64,000 bases of DNA, taken from assembly GCA_035500755.1 (NCBI GenBank), contig DATJXB010000227.1, positions 2,853 through 66,852 of the forward strand. Direction: 5' to 3'. Position 1 is the first letter of the stretch. Every line of letters starts with the position of its first letter. The notes beneath the pieces were generated by a model. That model ran no database searches. It was not told the origin of the DNA and saw only the letters and a program-made list of their open reading frames with translations. Origin of the DNA: Thermoanaerobaculia bacterium (GTDB lineage: Bacteria > Acidobacteriota > Thermoanaerobaculia > UBA5066 > Gp7-AA6). Of this stretch, positions 43,924 through 55,518 are shown piece by piece. The translations under genes were made by a program, and so were the position numbers.

Positions 43924-44808
43924 TCAACGCGTCGGGACGAGAACGCGGACGGTCTCGTCGCCGACGCGGCAGGAGACCGGCGTCTTGAGCACGGCGTCGC
44001 CGTCGACCTGCACCTCGACGGGTCCGTCGAGCGAGCGCATGGAGACCTCCCGGCCGCGGACGATGCGCGCGAGGCCGTCCTCGAGGTGGCCGGCGCGGCC
44101 GGCGGCCATCAGCTGGAAGAGCTGCGCGAGCTTGCGGCGGCTGCGGTGCGCGAAGAGCAGCACGTCGAACGCGTCGGCGTCGAGCCGCGCGTCGGGCGCG
44201 ATCACCCACCGCCCGCCGTAGTGGCTCGCCCGGCAGGCGACCGCGAAGGTCGCCGCGTGCACGTCGCCGTCGACGGTCACTTCCAGGCGCGGAAACTCGT
44301 AGACGAGGAACTGAGCGAGCGCCGTCGGCAGGATCCCGGTGCGGCCCAGGAGCCGCTTCCAGGCGAAGCGCATGTTGGCCATGACGCGCGCGTCGAGGCC
44401 GGCGCCGGCCCACAGCAGAAACGGCCGGCCGTCGGCGTGCGCCAGACGCAGCACGTGGGGCCGTCCTTCGTGGAGGAGCGCCTCGGCGCGCGCGAGGTTC
44501 GTCGGGATGCCGAGCTCGATGGCGAGCACGTTCGACGTGCCGCCCGGCAGGACGGCGAGCGGCACCTCCGAGTCCTTGAGCCCCCACGCGGCCTCCGAGA
44601 TGGTGCCGTCACCGCCGCAGACGGCGACGACGTCGAGCCCGCGGGGCACGAAGGTGCGGACGATCTCGGTCGCGTCGCCGGGGCCGCTCGTCGGCGCGTT
44701 GACGAGCTCGAGCCCGCGCCGGCGCTGCCGGTCGATGAGCGCGCTCATCGCGCCGCGGCGGTCGCGCTGTCCGGCCGTCGGGTTGTAGACGAGGACGCCG
44801 CGTTTCAT
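43924..44808 (-). CDS. Diacylglycerol/lipid kinase family protein (YegS/BmrU-like, 294 aa)
   Basis: ATG 44808. MKRGVLVYNPTAGQ, VAVCGGDGTISEA, LAVLPGGTSNVLA. Confidence 0.85.
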   Translation of the reverse strand: MKRGVLVYNPTAGQRDRRGAMSALIDRQRRRGLELVNAPTSGPGDATEIVRTFVPRGLDVVAVCGGDGTISEAAWGLKDSEVPLAVLPGGTSNVLAIELGIPTNLARAEALLHEGRPHVLRLAHADGRPFLLWAGAGLDARVMANMRFAWKRLLGRTGILPTALAQFLVYEFPRLEVTVDGDVHAATFAVACRASHYGGRWVIAPDARLDADAFDVLLFAHRSRRKLAQLFQLMAAGRAGHLEDGLARIVRGREVSMRSLDGPVEVQVDGDAVLKTPVSCRVGDETVRVLVPTR

Positions 44809-44812
44809 TCGG

Positions 44813-45835
44813 CTAGAAAAGATCTCCGTCCCGCCGGGGGGCAACGACCCCGAGGTGGCGGTAGGCGGCGGGCGACGCGACGCGGCCACGCGGCGTGCGC
44901 TGCAGAAACCCGGCCTGAAGGAGGTACGGCTCGTAGAGGTCTTCGAGCGTGCCGCGGTCCTCGCCGAGGGAGGCCGCGAGCGCGCCCACGCCGACGGGGC
45001 CGCCGCCGAACTTTTCGATGATCGTGGCGAGGATCCGGCGGTCGAGCTCGTCGAAGCCGTGCTCGTCGACCTCGAGGCGCGCGAGCGCCTGCTTCGCCGT
45101 GTCGAGCGCGATCTCGTCCTTGCCCGCGACCTCGGCGAAGTCGCGCAGGCGGCGCAGCAGCCGGTTGGCGATGCGCGGCGTGCCGCGGCTGCGGGCGCCG
45201 ATTTCGCGCGCGGCCTCCGGCGTGATCCGGATCGAGAGGATGCGCGCCGAGCGTTCGATGATCTCCGACAGCGCGGCGACGTCGTAGAAATCGAGGCGCA
45301 ACGTGATGCCGAAGCGCCCGTGCAGCGGCTGAGAGAGCAGCCCGGGGCGCGTCGTCGCGCCGACGAGGGTGAACGGCGGCAGATCCACCTTCATCGTGCG
45401 CGCCATCGGCCCTTCGCCGATGAGCACGTCGAGCCGGAAGTCCTCCATCGCCGGATAGAGGATTTCCTCGACCGTCGGCGAGAGCCGGTGGATCTCGTCG
45501 ACGAAGAGCACGTCGCGCGGCTGCAGGTTCGTGAGGATGCCGGCGAGGTCGCCGGCGCGCGCGATCATCGGTCCCGCGGTCAGGCGCAGGCCCGCACCCA
45601 TCTCCCGGGCCACGATGTGCGCGAGCGTCGTCTTGCCGAGGCCGGGCGGTCCCGTCAGCAGGACGTGGTCGAGCGGCTCGCCGCGCCCGCGCGCGGCCGC
45701 CAGGAAGACGGAGAGGTTCTCCCGGACCTTGGTCTGCCCGATGTACTCGCCGAGGCTCTGGGGCCGCAGCTTCGGCTCGACCGCCGCGTCGTCTTCGAGC
45801 GCGGTGCCGGCCAGGATTTCCCGTGCGTCGGTCAC
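44813..45835 (-). CDS. ruvB: Holliday junction branch-migration helicase RuvB
   Basis: [52 protein letters not shown]. Confidence 0.95.
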   Translation of the reverse strand: MTDAREILAGTALEDDAAVEPKLRPQSLGEYIGQTKVRENLSVFLAAARGRGEPLDHVLLTGPPGLGKTTLAHIVAREMGAGLRLTAGPMIARAGDLAGILTNLQPRDVLFVDEIHRLSPTVEEILYPAMEDFRLDVLIGEGPMARTMKVDLPPFTLVGATTRPGLLSQPLHGRFGITLRLDFYDVAALSEIIERSARILSIRITPEAAREIGARSRGTPRIANRLLRRLRDFAEVAGKDEIALDTAKQALARLEVDEHGFDELDRRILATIIEKFGGGPVGVGALAASLGEDRGTLEDLYEPYLLQAGFLQRTPRGRVASPAAYRHLGVVAPRRDGDLF

Positions 45836-45854
45836 GGCGCCCTCAGTCTATCGC

Positions 45855-46445
45855 CTAGACCGACGTCAGCCGCCGCAGCGCCTCCTTCAAGAAGTCGCCG
45901 AACTCTCGGACGCCGCCGGTGCGGGCGGTCGCGTCCACGGCCCGCTCGGCTTCGCTCCTGCGATAGCCGAGGTTGACGAGCGCCGAGACGACGTCGTCGG
46001 CGGCGACCGCGGCCGGGGCCTTTGACGGGGCATCGCCGGGCAGACTGGCCACTTTCTCGGCGAGCTCGAGGACCATGCGCTCGGCCGTCTTCTTGCCCAC
46101 GCCCGGCACCGCGACGAGGCGGCGCACGTCCTGGGAGCGGAGCGCGGCGACGAGCTCGGTCGGGGGAATCCCGGACAGCACGGTCAGCGCGACGCGCGGC
46201 CCGATACCGGTCACGCCGTTCAACAGCAGAAAGAGTGTGCGCTCGCGTTCGGTCAGGAAGCCGTAGAGCGCGAGGGCGTCTTCGCGGACGTGCGTGTGGA
46301 TGAAGAGCGACGCCGGCGACTCCGCGTCCGGCAGCTCGTAGAACGTCGAGAGTGGGATGTGGACGAGGTAGCCGACGCCGCCGACGTCGAGCAGCACCTG
46401 GTCGGGGGCCTTGGCCGCGAGCCGGCCGGTGAGGCGTCCGATCAT
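45855..46445 (-). CDS. ruvA: Holliday junction DNA-binding protein RuvA
   Basis: MIGRLTGRL...VLLDVGGVGYLVHIP...LYGF...ERTLFLLLNGVTGIGPRVAL...LVAVPGVGKKTAERM. Confidence 0.95.
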   Translation of the reverse strand: MIGRLTGRLAAKAPDQVLLDVGGVGYLVHIPLSTFYELPDAESPASLFIHTHVREDALALYGFLTERERTLFLLLNGVTGIGPRVALTVLSGIPPTELVAALRSQDVRRLVAVPGVGKKTAERMVLELAEKVASLPGDAPSKAPAAVAADDVVSALVNLGYRRSEAERAVDATARTGGVREFGDFLKEALRRLTSV

Positions 46446-46478
46446 GGAGCGATTCTAGCGGCGCCCCGGGACGCGGGC

Positions 46479-48440
46479 TCAGCTCCGGCGGTTGTTGTTG
46501 TTCGTCGGTTCCCGCAGGAACGTGGCGAGCAGCGTCTCGTTGACTTCGACCTGGCGGACCGAACGCTGCTGCTGCAGGTACGCGCGCGTCAGGCGGTCGG
46601 CCTCCCGCGTCCGAATCGAGTCGCGCAGCTGCTCCTTCTGGGCCTCGAACGTCGTCTTGTTGCCCTCGGTCCGCGTCAGGACGCGGAAAAGGACGTAGCC
46701 GTTGGCGACGGCCACCGGCGGGCCCGACTGGCCCTGCGCCGTGCGGAAGACCGCGGCCGCCAGATCCGGCGCCGCGCCGACCTCGGGAACCGGGCCGGAA
46801 GGCCCGAACTCGGTCGTGGTCTTGACGTCCGTGCCGTAGCGGCCGGCGAGGGCCGCGAGCGTCGTGCCGGAGGAGAGCTCCTTGGAGGCGGGCTCGAGCT
46901 GCGCCAGGGCATCCTTCTCGCGGCGCTCGGCCTTCCAGTCGGCCTCGACACGGGCCTTGAGCTCGGCAAACGGCGGCACGCCGGCGGCGCGCTCCTCGGC
47001 GGGGCGGACGAACACGATGCCGCGGGCGGTCGTGACGGGCACGTCCGAGACCTTGCCGATCGGCGTCGTCCAGGCCTCGTCGGCGAACTTCTGGTTCGTG
47101 CCGATGCCCGGGATCGAATCGCCGCGCGCCGCCCACTCGGTCGTGTTGTACGTGACGGCGTCGGACTGGAGCTTGCGCAGGTCGTCGTCCGAAGCCGAGC
47201 GCATGCCTTTCAGCTTCTCGGCGAGCTCGTGCGAGAGCCGCTCGACCTCCGCCGACCCCTGGCGCTGGGAGAGCTCGGCCGCGAGCTGGGGGCGCACTTC
47301 GTCGAACGAGCGCTGGCGCGCCGGCGTCTTCGACTCGACCTTGATGATGTGGTAGCCGAACTGGGTCTTGATGGGGCCGCGGATCTCGCCCGGCGCCATG
47401 CTGAAAGCGGCCTCCTCGAACTCGGGGACCATCTGCCCGTGGGAGAAGGGCGGGAGCTTGCCGCCGGTGGTCTTGCCGCTCGCGTCGTCCGTGTTTTCGT
47501 TGGCGAGCTTGGCGAAGTCGGCGCCCGGCTGCTTCGCGCGCGCGGCGATGTTCTCCGCGCGGGCCCGCGCGACCGCGTCCGCGTTGTCGCCCTCGCCCGG
47601 CTTGATCAGGATGTGCGCGGCGTTGACCTGCTCGGGGGCGGCGAACGCGTCTTTGCGCTGCTCGTAGGCCGCCTTCAGCTCCGCCTCGGTCGGCGTGATC
47701 TTCGCGCCGACGCGGGCGCGGTCGATCAGGAGGTACTTGACCTTGCGCTGCACGGGGGCGCGGTAGCGGTCCTTGTGCTTGTCGAGGTAGCCCTGCAGGT
47801 CGGCGTCGGTCGCCTGGGCGTTGGAGTCGAGGCGCGCCGTCGGGATGAGGATGTACTCGATCGTGGCCTTGTCGTTGCGCGCCGCGTACTCGCGGGCGAG
47901 CTCGGCGTCGGGGACCACGACCGAGGCCTTGACCAGGCCGGCGTACTTCTCGAGGAGCATGTCCTCGCGGAGCTCTTCCTCGAAGCGGTCGGGCGTCACG
48001 CCGTTCGAGCGGAGCATCTTTTCGTACTTTTCGCGGCCGATGAACTGGTTGTTTTCCTGGAAGAAGGGCAGCGTGACGATCTTCTGCGTGAGCTCCTCGT
48101 CGGAGACGTGCAGGTCGAGCTTCTTCGCGGCTTCGAGGCGGAGCATGCGCTCGATCATCGCGTCGAGCACGTTGCGCGGCAGGTCGAGCGCGCGCTCGAG
48201 CTCGGGCGAGAAGTTGCCCTGGTACATCTGGCGGTAGCGCTCGACCTGGGCGCGGTACTGGCGGTCGAATTCGACGGCCGTGATCCGTTCGTTGCCGACG
48301 CGGGCGACGATCTGGTTGCCCCGGTTCGACGGATCGGTGCTCGATCCGGACCAGAACACGAAGCCGAGGATGAAGACCGCGATCACCAGAAACAGCGTCC
48401 ACTTCAGGTGGTGGAAGCTGTTGCGCATCGTCTTGAGCAT
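46479..48440 (-). CDS. ppiD: PpiD-like periplasmic chaperone / parvulin peptidyl-prolyl isomerase, membrane anchored (653 aa)
   Basis: ATG 48440. TM helix KWTLFLVIAVFILGFVFW. SurA-N-like region. Parvulin core VNAAHILIK...FGYHIIKV. Confidence 0.85.
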   Translation of the reverse strand: MLKTMRNSFHHLKWTLFLVIAVFILGFVFWSGSSTDPSNRGNQIVARVGNERITAVEFDRQYRAQVERYRQMYQGNFSPELERALDLPRNVLDAMIERMLRLEAAKKLDLHVSDEELTQKIVTLPFFQENNQFIGREKYEKMLRSNGVTPDRFEEELREDMLLEKYAGLVKASVVVPDAELAREYAARNDKATIEYILIPTARLDSNAQATDADLQGYLDKHKDRYRAPVQRKVKYLLIDRARVGAKITPTEAELKAAYEQRKDAFAAPEQVNAAHILIKPGEGDNADAVARARAENIAARAKQPGADFAKLANENTDDASGKTTGGKLPPFSHGQMVPEFEEAAFSMAPGEIRGPIKTQFGYHIIKVESKTPARQRSFDEVRPQLAAELSQRQGSAEVERLSHELAEKLKGMRSASDDDLRKLQSDAVTYNTTEWAARGDSIPGIGTNQKFADEAWTTPIGKVSDVPVTTARGIVFVRPAEERAAGVPPFAELKARVEADWKAERREKDALAQLEPASKELSSGTTLAALAGRYGTDVKTTTEFGPSGPVPEVGAAPDLAAAVFRTAQGQSGPPVAVANGYVLFRVLTRTEGNKTTFEAQKEQLRDSIRTREADRLTRAYLQQQRSVRQVEVNETLLATFLREPTNNNNRRS

Positions 48441-48571
48441 TCGGAAACCCCTCCGCCGATTCGTTCGAGAACGCGCGACTATAGCAGGGCAACCTCGGCT
48501 CGGGGAGGCGCGCCGCCCGCGTCTCGCGGCCCCGCCGGGGGCCTCGGACACCTGCGGTCGCGGGCCAAGTG

Positions 48572-48580
48572 TGCTATAAG
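48572..48580 (+). promoter_or_regulatory. Candidate extended -10 promoter element (TGcTATAAG) for the FecR-like/mre transcription unit
   Basis: gtgcTATAAG lies in the relatively AT-rich divergent spacer 48441-48613, 34 nt before ATG 48614. I saw no good -35 element. Confidence 0.3.
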
Positions 48581-48613
48581 CAATCGGGGTAAGTCCCGCA
48601 GTTTCGGGAGTTT

Positions 48614-50053
48614 ATGCGAAAGCGGAAGTCCGGCCAGCCGGCGGGAACCGATCTGGATTGGTTCGTCATCCCGATCGAGAAGATCCGTCAGTGGGCGGTC
48701 ATCATCGTCCTGCTCCTCGTCGCCGGCGGCGTCGGGTACTTCGTCACGGTGCGCAACCGGCGCTCACCTCAGGAGAAGGCGCGCGCCGAGATCGCGCAGG
48801 CCGACGCGCTGCTCGCGCGGGCGACCCGGTCGACCGGGGCCGCGAAGCCGGGCTCCAACACGGCGCAGGCGCACGACTTCCTGCGCGACGCCCGCGAGTC
48901 GTTCTCGAACGCGAAGTACGAGGAAGCGTTCCGCCTCGCGGTCGAATCGGAGTCGTATTCGCGGCGCGCGCTGGGAAGCTCCGGCGCGGGCGAGCAGGGC
49001 GACGCGACGTTCGTGTTCGTCGAGGGGGACGTGTCCCTCCAGCGCGCGGGCCGCTCGACGTTCGAGCCGGCGCGGCAGCGCGAGCCGCTCTTCGACGGCG
49101 ACTTCGTGAAGGCCGGGCGCACGGGCTCGGCCGAGATCATGTTCTACGACGGCACGCTCTACACGATCCGCCCCGGATCCCTCTTCGAGTGCCGCAAGCC
49201 CGCCGCCTCGGAGGTCTCGGGCAGCCAGATCAAGATGATCTCGGGCGCCGTCAACGTCTACACGTCGGCGTCGAGCTCGACCGTGTCGACCGACCTGGCG
49301 ACCGCGGCGATCGGCCGCGATTCCCGCGTGTCGGTCGACGTCGCTCCGGGCGACAAGACGGAAGTCACGAGCTTCCGCGGGCACACGACCGTGTCCACGG
49401 CAAAAGAGTCCGTCACCCTCGAGGGCCGCGAGCGCGTCGCCGCGGCGTCGACCGGCGCGTTCACGCCGAAGTTGGCCCTGCCCGACACGCCGCAGCCGGG
49501 ACTGCCGGCCGACAACCGGATCTACGACCTGAAGACGGGCGACCAGGTCGAGCTGAAGTGGTCGAAGGTGCCGGAGGCCACGCGTTATCGCCTCCAGATC
49601 TCCCGCTCGCGGCTCTTCGTGCCGGACTCGACCGAGGTGGACCTCGACGACCGGGTCCAGACGACGGCGCGCGTAAAGGTCTCCAAGGAGGGGTCGTACT
49701 TCTGGCGGGTCGCCGCGATCGACGCGAACGGGCTGACGTCGGACTGGAGCCCGGTCCGGCGCTTCAAGATGATGACCGAGCCGCTCAAGGCGAGCACCGG
49801 CGACGGGACGCCGCCGGACCTGACGGTCTTCCCGCCCCAGCAGATGGGCAACCTCTTCCTGGTCTACGGGAAGACCCAGCCCGGCGCGGTCGTGACCGTC
49901 AACGCCGAGCCGGCCGACGTCGAAGCCGACGGCTCTTTCAAGAAGACGATCACGATCGAGCGCGACGGCGCTTCGGTCCTGGTCGTCAAATCGGTCGACG
50001 CTTCCGGCAACGAAACGGTGCGGCGTGTGAGAGTGTTCGTGGAGTCCCTGTAA
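48614..50053 (+). CDS. Bitopic membrane protein with FecR-like, FN3-like and Ig-like domains (479 aa)
   Basis: TM helix WAVIIVLLLVAGGVGYFV. FecR-like GDVSLQRAGRSTFEPARQREPLFDGDFVKAGRTGSAEIMFYDGTLYTIRPGS. FN3-like VELKWSKVPEATRYRLQISRS...YFWRVAAIDANGLTSDWSPV. Ig-like tail VVTVNAEPADVEADGSFKKTITIERDGASVLVVKSVDASGNE. Confidence 0.8.
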   Translation: MRKRKSGQPAGTDLDWFVIPIEKIRQWAVIIVLLLVAGGVGYFVTVRNRRSPQEKARAEIAQADALLARATRSTGAAKPGSNTAQAHDFLRDARESFSNAKYEEAFRLAVESESYSRRALGSSGAGEQGDATFVFVEGDVSLQRAGRSTFEPARQREPLFDGDFVKAGRTGSAEIMFYDGTLYTIRPGSLFECRKPAASEVSGSQIKMISGAVNVYTSASSSTVSTDLATAAIGRDSRVSVDVAPGDKTEVTSFRGHTTVSTAKESVTLEGRERVAAASTGAFTPKLALPDTPQPGLPADNRIYDLKTGDQVELKWSKVPEATRYRLQISRSRLFVPDSTEVDLDDRVQTTARVKVSKEGSYFWRVAAIDANGLTSDWSPVRRFKMMTEPLKASTGDGTPPDLTVFPPQQMGNLFLVYGKTQPGAVVTVNAEPADVEADGSFKKTITIERDGASVLVVKSVDASGNETVRRVRVFVESL

Positions 50054-50058
50054 CGTGA

Positions 50059-51105
<1,047 letters not shown>

Positions 51106-51142
51106 GGACGACCGGCGCGACGACGCGTCGCGTTCCCGAAGC

Positions 51143-52027
51143 ATGAGACCCCACAACGCCCGCGTCGAGATCGCCGCCGTCAATCCCCGGCGGGGCGGGG
51201 CCGTGCTCGCGACGGTGCTCGTCGCGTGCGTGCTCGCGCTGTCGGCGCAGGCGCCGGCGCGGAGCGGACGGGGATCGGTCCTCCAGTCGTGGGTGCTGTC
51301 GCTCTCGGCCCCGATCGCCGGGGCGGTCGGCTCGGTGTCGCACGGCGTCTCCGACGCGATCGGCTCGACGGTCGCGCTCTTTCATGCCCGCGAGGAGAAC
51401 GAGCAGCTGCGGCGCGAGCTCGACGCGCGCGAGCGCGAGCTCCTCCAGCTCCGGGCCGAAGCTCTGGCCGTCGCCGAGGGCAGCCGGCTCCTCGGCGCGG
51501 CGTCGGCCCTGCCGGGGGTGCTCGGCAGCGTTCCGATTCTTCTGATCGAGCATCGGGCGGGCGCGCAGAACGCCCTCATCGGCGCGGGTTCGTCCGACGG
51601 CGTCTCGCCGGGCTGCCCGCTCGCCGTGCCGGCCGGCATCGTCGGCCGGGTCGTCACGGTGGGCCGGGGCGTCTCCCGCGCCCAGCTCCTCCTCGACGCC
51701 TCGGCGGCGGCGGGCGCGCGCATCGCCCGCACCGGCGAGCTCGGCGTCGTGCGAGGCGATGGTCACGGCGCCCTGGTGCTGAACAACATCGCGACGACGT
51801 CGTCGGTCGCGCATGGCGACGTCATCGAGACAGCGGGCATCGACGGCATCTACCCGCGCGGCGTCCCGATCGGACGCGTCGAGTCGGTGTCGCGCGGGAG
51901 CAAGCTCTTTCTGGAGATCCGGGTCACGCCCTCGGCGGACTTCTCGCGCCTGACGGACGTGCTCTTGCTGGCGCCCTCGCCGGCGATCAAAGAGGGCGCG
52001 GAGGCGGGGCGGAGTGCGGCGCGGTGA
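51143..52027 (+). CDS. mreC: Rod shape-determining protein MreC
   Basis: TM helix, coiled coil ENEQLRRELDARERELLQLR, then beta domains GIVGRVVTV...GDVIETAGIDGIYPRGVPIGRV. Its position follows mreB. Confidence 0.88.
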   Translation: MRPHNARVEIAAVNPRRGGAVLATVLVACVLALSAQAPARSGRGSVLQSWVLSLSAPIAGAVGSVSHGVSDAIGSTVALFHAREENEQLRRELDARERELLQLRAEALAVAEGSRLLGAASALPGVLGSVPILLIEHRAGAQNALIGAGSSDGVSPGCPLAVPAGIVGRVVTVGRGVSRAQLLLDASAAAGARIARTGELGVVRGDGHGALVLNNIATTSSVAHGDVIETAGIDGIYPRGVPIGRVESVSRGSKLFLEIRVTPSADFSRLTDVLLLAPSPAIKEGAEAGRSAAR

Positions 52028-52530
52028 AGGTCGGCCGCATCCTGCTGCTTCTCGCGGGGGCGGTCGTGCTCGAGTTCTTCGTCGGCCGGTCGCCGTATCG
52101 CCGCTTCGTGCCGGTCGACTGGTTCCTCCTGGCGACCGCGACGGTGGCTCGGAGCGGCGACTTCGTGCGCGCGGTGTTGACGGGGACGGCCGCGGGGGCG
52201 CTGGAGGACGCGCTGCTCGGCCAGCCTCTGATCGGGATGAACGCGTTCGCGAAGGCGATTCTGGGTTACGCCCTGGCGCTGGTGGCGGTGCGCGTGGTCT
52301 TCGGCGGCGCGTTCGCGGTGGGACTGGCCCTGTTCGCCGCCTCGATCGCGAACGAGGCGATCGTCGCGCTGCTGTCGGCGCTGCTGGCGCAGGCGCCGCT
52401 CGTGATCGTCACGCCGGACGCGCTCTGGCGCGCGCTGGCCACCGGGATCGCCGGCGGAGCGCTCGAGTCGGCCTTCCGTTTCCCCTGGGGCGACTGGTGG
52501 CAGCGGCGCCGGCTGCGGCGGCTGCGGTGA
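52024..52530 (+). CDS. mreD: Rod shape-determining protein MreD
   Basis: The GTG start overlaps the mreC stop (GTGA). It is a small polytopic membrane protein in the canonical position. Confidence 0.75.
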   Translation: MKVGRILLLLAGAVVLEFFVGRSPYRRFVPVDWFLLATATVARSGDFVRAVLTGTAAGALEDALLGQPLIGMNAFAKAILGYALALVAVRVVFGGAFAVGLALFAASIANEAIVALLSALLAQAPLVIVTPDALWRALATGIAGGALESAFRFPWGDWWQRRRLRRLR

Positions 52531-52537
52531 CGACGCC

Positions 52538-54424
52538 GTGCTGAGGATCCGCGAGGACCGGCAGGCCGTCGCGCGGCGCATCGAGGTCGCCCGCGTCGCG
52601 GTCGGCGCGATGCTGTCGCTGCTCGCGGTGGCGTACTGGATCGTGCAGATCGTGCACGGCGACTACTACTTCTCGCTTTCCGAGAACAACCGCATTCGCG
52701 CGGTCAAGGTCACGGCGCCGCGCGGCTACGTGCTCGACCGCCACGGCGTGCCGCTCGTCGAGAACGAGCCCGCCTACACGCTTCATCTCTATCGCCGCGA
52801 GGCGAAGGACCTCGAGGGCTCCGTCGCGTTCATCATCGACCTGCTCGGTTTGAACCCCGAGGTCGTCCGTTCGCGCGTCGAGCGCGGCCGGCGCGACCCG
52901 GAGTTCGTGCCGATCCCGATCGCCGAGAACCTCGGCATCGAGGAGGTTGCGGCCGTGCAGGCGCGCGCCGCCGAGCACCCCGAGTTCGCGATCACGGTGT
53001 CGCAGCGGCGGCTCTACAAGCACGCCGGCGCCGCGGCCCATGCGCTCGGCTACCTCTCCGAGGCCACCCCCGACCAGATCAAGAACTCCAACGACGCCTA
53101 CGGCGTGGGCGACTGGATCGGCCAGAAAGGCGTCGAGAGCGCCTACGAACGGCTGCTCGCGGGGACCAGCGGCGAGCGGCGCGTCATCGTGGACTCGCAC
53201 GGGCGCGAGGTCGCCGAGGAGGCGCGCCTCGAGGCGAGCCCGGGGCAGAACCTCTTCCTGACGCTCGATTCGAAGCTCCAGGACGTCGCCGAGGAGTACT
53301 TCAAGACGCGCGTCGGCTCGGTCGTCGCCATGGATCCGCGCACGGGCGAGATTCTGGCGCTCGTCTCCTCGCCGTCGTACGACCCGAACTGGTTCACCCG
53401 CCGCGTCACGTCGGCCGAGTGGGCGGGCCTCCTCGAAAATCCGGACCGGCCGCTGCAGAACCGCGCGATTCAGAACATGTATTCGCCGGGATCGGTGGTC
53501 AAGCCCTTCCTCGCCTACGGCGCGCTCGCCCGCGGCCTCGTGGATCCGGAGTGGCGGGTCTTCTGCCCCGGCCACGCGACGTTCTACGGCCGCGAGTTTC
53601 ACTGCCACAAGAAGGGCGGCCACGGGCTCGTGAACCTGCGCGAGGCGATCAAAGAGTCCTGCGACGTGTACTTCTACACGCTCGGGCAGAAGCTCGGCGT
53701 GGACCGGATCAACGAGATCCTGACCGGCTTCGGATTCGGCACGGTGACCGGCGTCGACCTCTCCTTCGAGAAGGCCGGGCTCGTGCCGTCGGAGGAGTGG
53801 GCGCGCACGAAGCGCGGCGCGCGGTGGTACCCGAGCGAGACGATTTCGGTCGCGATCGGGCAAGGGCCGATCCTGGTGACGTCGATGCAGGTCGCCCGCG
53901 CGCTTTCCGCGCTGCTCGAGGGCGGGCGGTTGCCGACGCCGCACCTCTTCTACGCCTCCCAGGACCCGCGGACGGGCGCTCAGCTCCGGTACAAGGCCGA
54001 GTTCCTCCAGGGGCCGACGCTCGAGGCCGACAAACTCGCGATCGTCAAGTCCGGCATGTGGGCGGTCGTCAACGAGGCCGGCGGCACCGCCTACGGGTCG
54101 CGCGTCAACGGCGTCGAGATGGGCGGCAAGACCGGCACCGCGCAGGTCGTCGGGCACGACACGGCGATCAAGGCCGGGGCCGACAAGTCCAAGCTCGAGA
54201 CGCACGCGTGGTTCGCCGGCTTCGCGCCGATCCAGGACCCGGGGATCGTCGTCGTCGTCTTCGTCGAGAACGGCGGCCACGGCAACCTCGCCGCGGCGCC
54301 GCTGGCGAAGGCCCTCGTCGAGGCGCGCTACGGCATCGCGCCGGCGCCGCCGCCCCCGTCGGTCCGCGCGTCCGGGACGTCCGCGCCGGGCTTCGCGCGG
54401 GCCGCCCAGAGGCAGGCGCCATGA
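52538..54424 (+). CDS. mrdA: Penicillin-binding protein 2 (elongasome transpeptidase)
   Basis: N-terminal anchor, then the SxxK motif SVVKP, the SxD motif SCD, and KTGTA. Position is between mreD and rodA. Confidence 0.92.
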   Translation: MLRIREDRQAVARRIEVARVAVGAMLSLLAVAYWIVQIVHGDYYFSLSENNRIRAVKVTAPRGYVLDRHGVPLVENEPAYTLHLYRREAKDLEGSVAFIIDLLGLNPEVVRSRVERGRRDPEFVPIPIAENLGIEEVAAVQARAAEHPEFAITVSQRRLYKHAGAAAHALGYLSEATPDQIKNSNDAYGVGDWIGQKGVESAYERLLAGTSGERRVIVDSHGREVAEEARLEASPGQNLFLTLDSKLQDVAEEYFKTRVGSVVAMDPRTGEILALVSSPSYDPNWFTRRVTSAEWAGLLENPDRPLQNRAIQNMYSPGSVVKPFLAYGALARGLVDPEWRVFCPGHATFYGREFHCHKKGGHGLVNLREAIKESCDVYFYTLGQKLGVDRINEILTGFGFGTVTGVDLSFEKAGLVPSEEWARTKRGARWYPSETISVAIGQGPILVTSMQVARALSALLEGGRLPTPHLFYASQDPRTGAQLRYKAEFLQGPTLEADKLAIVKSGMWAVVNEAGGTAYGSRVNGVEMGGKTGTAQVVGHDTAIKAGADKSKLETHAWFAGFAPIQDPGIVVVVFVENGGHGNLAAAPLAKALVEARYGIAPAPPPPSVRASGTSAPGFARAAQRQAP

Positions 54425-55518
54425 TCGGGGGAACGCTCCAGACCGGGCGGCGCCTGGACCTCGTCGTCCTCGGCTCGGCGCTGTGCCTCGCAGCGCTCGG
54501 CGTCCTGTTCGTGGCGTCGGCGACGACCGGGACGCGCTTCCAGGGGCTCGCGGCGCGGCAGGCGATCTGGATCGCCGTCGGCCTCGGCGCCATGGTCGCG
54601 GCGATCCTCTTCGACTACCGGATGCTCCTGAAGTTCTCGTTCGCGATCTACTGCGCCTGCCTGCTGCCGCTCGTCTACCTGCTCGCCTTCGGCGCCCGGA
54701 TCGCCAACGTCCGGTCGTGGATCCGTTTCGGCCAGTTCCAGTTCCAGCCGGCCGAACTCGCGAAGATTGCCACCGCACTGCTCGTGGCGTATCTCTTCGA
54801 GAACGAGGACGACGCCCGACTGCACCTGTCGACGGTCTTCAAGCTCGGCGCGATCGTCGGGCTCCCGGTGCTGCTCGTCTTCTTGCAGCCGGACATGGGG
54901 CTCGCGCTGACTTTTCTGCCGCTCATCTTCGTGGGCCTCTTCTTCGGGGGGCTTCCCGCGCGCGGCTGGATCGCGATCTTCCTCGTCGTCGCCGTGATCG
55001 CGGGCGCCGGCTGGTTCATGCTCAAGGACTACCAGAAGGCGCGGATCGGGACGTTCCTGAATCCCGACGCCGACGTGCTCGGTTCGGGGTATCAGGTCCG
55101 GCAGTCGAAAATCGCCGTCGGGTCGGGCGGTTTCTCCGGAAAGGGGTTCCGCGGGGGCACGCAGAGCCAGCTGCGGTTCCTGCCGGTACAGCACACCGAC
55201 TTCATCCTCGCGGTCATCGCGGAGGAGTGGGGGTTCCTCGGCGTCATCCTGGTGCTCGCGCTCTTCGCCACGCTCTTCTTGCGGGCCTTGAAGCTGGCGC
55301 AAACCGCGCGCGACCGGGGCGGCGTCTTCCTCGTGTTGGGCCTGACCGGGATGATGTTCTTCTCGGTCGTGATCAACGCCTCCATGATGATCGGACTCGC
55401 GCCGACCACGGGCATCCCGCTGCCATTCGTGTCGTACGGGGGCTCGTCGGTGGCCACGACCTTCCTCGCGATCGGCCTGATCCTCGGCGTGCAGTACCGG
55501 CGCTTCGCCAACGCGTGA
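54421..55518 (+). CDS. rodA: SEDS glycosyltransferase RodA
   Basis: The ATG overlaps the mrdA stop (ATGA). FQPAELAKI, QPDMGLAL, GSGYQVRQSKIAVGSGGFSGKG, LPVQHTDFILAVIAEEWGF, PFVSYGGSS. Confidence 0.93.
   Translation: MIGGTLQTGRRLDLVVLGSALCLAALGVLFVASATTGTRFQGLAARQAIWIAVGLGAMVAAILFDYRMLLKFSFAIYCACLLPLVYLLAFGARIANVRSWIRFGQFQFQPAELAKIATALLVAYLFENEDDARLHLSTVFKLGAIVGLPVLLVFLQPDMGLALTFLPLIFVGLFFGGLPARGWIAIFLVVAVIAGAGWFMLKDYQKARIGTFLNPDADVLGSGYQVRQSKIAVGSGGFSGKGFRGGTQSQLRFLPVQHTDFILAVIAEEWGFLGVILVLALFATLFLRALKLAQTARDRGGVFLVLGLTGMMFFSVVINASMMIGLAPTTGIPLPFVSYGGSSVATTFLAIGLILGVQYRRFANA

Noticed and set aside
45832-49109. ORFs 45832..48492 (-, 886 aa) and 46290..49109 (+, 939 aa).
   Set aside because: These are alternate frames across ruvA, the ppiD-like gene and the FecR-like gene. 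They show no recognisable domains.
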